From Rhodospirillales bacterium (GTDB taxonomy: Bacteria; Pseudomonadota; Alphaproteobacteria; Rhodospirillales; JASLLZ01): a stretch of DNA of 64,000 bases. Position numbers and translations under genes: made by a program. Under the pieces are notes generated by a model, which did not search any database, was not told where the DNA came from, and was given only the letters and a program-made list of their open reading frames with translations. Shown one piece after another: positions 62,607 through 64,000 of the stretch (positions within the stretch are counted from its first letter, which is position 1; every line of letters starts with the position of its first letter). The stretch spans positions 20,097 to 84,096 of the forward strand of contig JASLZL010000097.1 of NCBI GenBank assembly GCA_030754885.1. The letters are read 5' to 3'.

Positions 62607-63848
62607 ATGGCGACAGAGATCAAGGTTCCCGTCCTGGGTGAATCGGTTACCGAGGCGACGGTCACCAAATGGTTCAAGGCGGTCGGCGATGCCGTAGCAA
62701 CGGACGAGGCGTTGCTCGAGTTGGAAACCGACAAGGTGACGCTGGAGGTCAACGCCCCGGCAACCGGGACGCTCAGCGAGATTGCGGCCGCCGAAGGCGC
62801 CGACGTCGAGGTCGGAGCGCTCTTGGGTGCCATTACCGAGGGTAAGGGCGCGCCCGCCGCCAAAAAAGCGCCGCCGGCAGCCGAACCGGCCGCCGCTCCA
62901 GAACCAGCACCGGCCCCGGCGCAGGTAGCCGAAGCGAAGCCTTTGTCGCCGGCGGTATGCAAGTTGGTTGAAGAAAACAACCTCGACCCGGCAGGAATCG
63001 CAGCAAGCGGCAAGGACGGAAGACTGACCAAGGGCGACGTGCTGGCATTCCTGAAGGGCGGCGAGACAGCCCCCGCTGCACCGTTGCCGCCTGCTCAGCC
63101 GGCCGCCGCCATGCCCGAGGCCCAATATCCGCCTCGGCCGATTGGTCCGCGCGAAGAACGGGTACGCATGACGCGCCTGCGCCAGCGTATCGCCGAACGC
63201 CTCAAAGAGGCGCAGAACACGGCTGCCATGCTGACCACTTTCAACGAAGCCGACATGAGCGCCGTCATGGACGTGCGTGCCCAGTACCGCGACACCTTTG
63301 AGAAGAAGCATGGGGTGCGGATTGGCTTTATGTCGTTTTTCGTCAAGGCCTGCGTCGTGGCGCTGCGTGAGGTGCCGGCGGTCAACGCTGAAATCGATGG
63401 CACCGATTTCATTTACAAGAACCACTACGACATCGGCGTGGCCGTGGGCACTGAACAAGGCTTGGTGGTGCCGGTGCTGCGTGACGCCGATGCCATGAGC
63501 TTCGCCGATATCGAGAAGACCATCACTGATCTGGGACAGCGCGCGCGTGACGGCAAACTGGCGATCGAAGAGTTGCAGGGCGGCACTTTCACCATTACCA
63601 ACGGTGGCGTCTTCGGTTCGCTCGTTTCAACGCCTATCCTCAATCCGCCGCAATCGGGCATCTTGGGTATGCACAAGATCCAACAACGTCCGATGGTTCT
63701 CGCCGACGGTACCATCGCGGCCCGGCCCATGATGCACCTGGCACTGAGCTACGACCACCGTGCCGTCGACGGCCGCGAGGCGGTCTCGTTCCTGGTCCGC
63801 GTCAAGGAGTGCATCGAGGACCCGAGCCGCATCATGCTGGATATGTGA
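62607..63848 (+). CDS. sucB: Dihydrolipoyllysine-residue succinyltransferase (E2o)
   Basis: Lipoyl domain ([12 protein letters not shown]), an Ala/Pro linker and the catalytic DHRAVDG motif. Confidence 0.95.
   Translation: MATEIKVPVLGESVTEATVTKWFKAVGDAVATDEALLELETDKVTLEVNAPATGTLSEIAAAEGADVEVGALLGAITEGKGAPAAKKAPPAAEPAAAPEPAPAPAQVAEAKPLSPAVCKLVEENNLDPAGIAASGKDGRLTKGDVLAFLKGGETAPAAPLPPAQPAAAMPEAQYPPRPIGPREERVRMTRLRQRIAERLKEAQNTAAMLTTFNEADMSAVMDVRAQYRDTFEKKHGVRIGFMSFFVKACVVALREVPAVNAEIDGTDFIYKNHYDIGVAVGTEQGLVVPVLRDADAMSFADIEKTITDLGQRARDGKLAIEELQGGTFTITNGGVFGSLVSTPILNPPQSGILGMHKIQQRPMVLADGTIAARPMMHLALSYDHRAVDGREAVSFLVRVKECIEDPSRIMLDM

Positions 63849-64000
<152 letters not shown>

Overview
GC-rich (about 60 % in hand-counted samples) chromosomal segment with alphaproteobacterial, Rhodospirillales-like gene content and order. 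I call about 55 protein genes. Most are housekeeping: mrcA-prfB, bcp-glnE, tyrS/anmK, an iscR-cysteine desulfurase-fdx remnant of an isc operon, pyrB-pyrC'-plsY, gatCAB, ruvX, galE, dprA-topA-rnr, rpmG, and the TCA block mdh-sucCDAB-lpdA (lpdA truncated at the right edge). I found no rRNA, tRNA, CRISPR array, transposase or integrase. Accessory or unusual parts: (i) nt 1-8003, a metabolic island with a DUF1445 hydro-lyase, an RraA-type aldolase, an Asp/Glu-racemase-family protein, a hypothetical/PhyH-like dioxygenase/methyltransferase cassette, a MoaD/ThiS-like GG protein and a three-subunit xanthine-dehydrogenase-family enzyme. (ii) nt 8385-10819, an Hpt-REC-REC-GGDEF gene followed by two overlap-coupled mini-ORFs, one a 29-codon receiver-domain stub, which run into a low-GC block whose 120-nt core is 18 % GC. 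(iii) a 45-codon IscS-like N-terminal stub where iscS-iscU-iscA-hscBA would normally sit. (iv) domain-level oddities: a receiver with Glu at the acceptor position, a cysteine-free FKBP-rhodanese fusion, a PyrC' lacking the HxH metal site, and two divergent DapA-family paralogs. I cannot point to a clearly novel multi-gene system. The best candidates for follow-up are the low-GC block with the decayed signalling operon and the 2.2-4.4 kb cassette. All calls rest on reading the translated ORFs and the nucleotides by eye; no database search was run.
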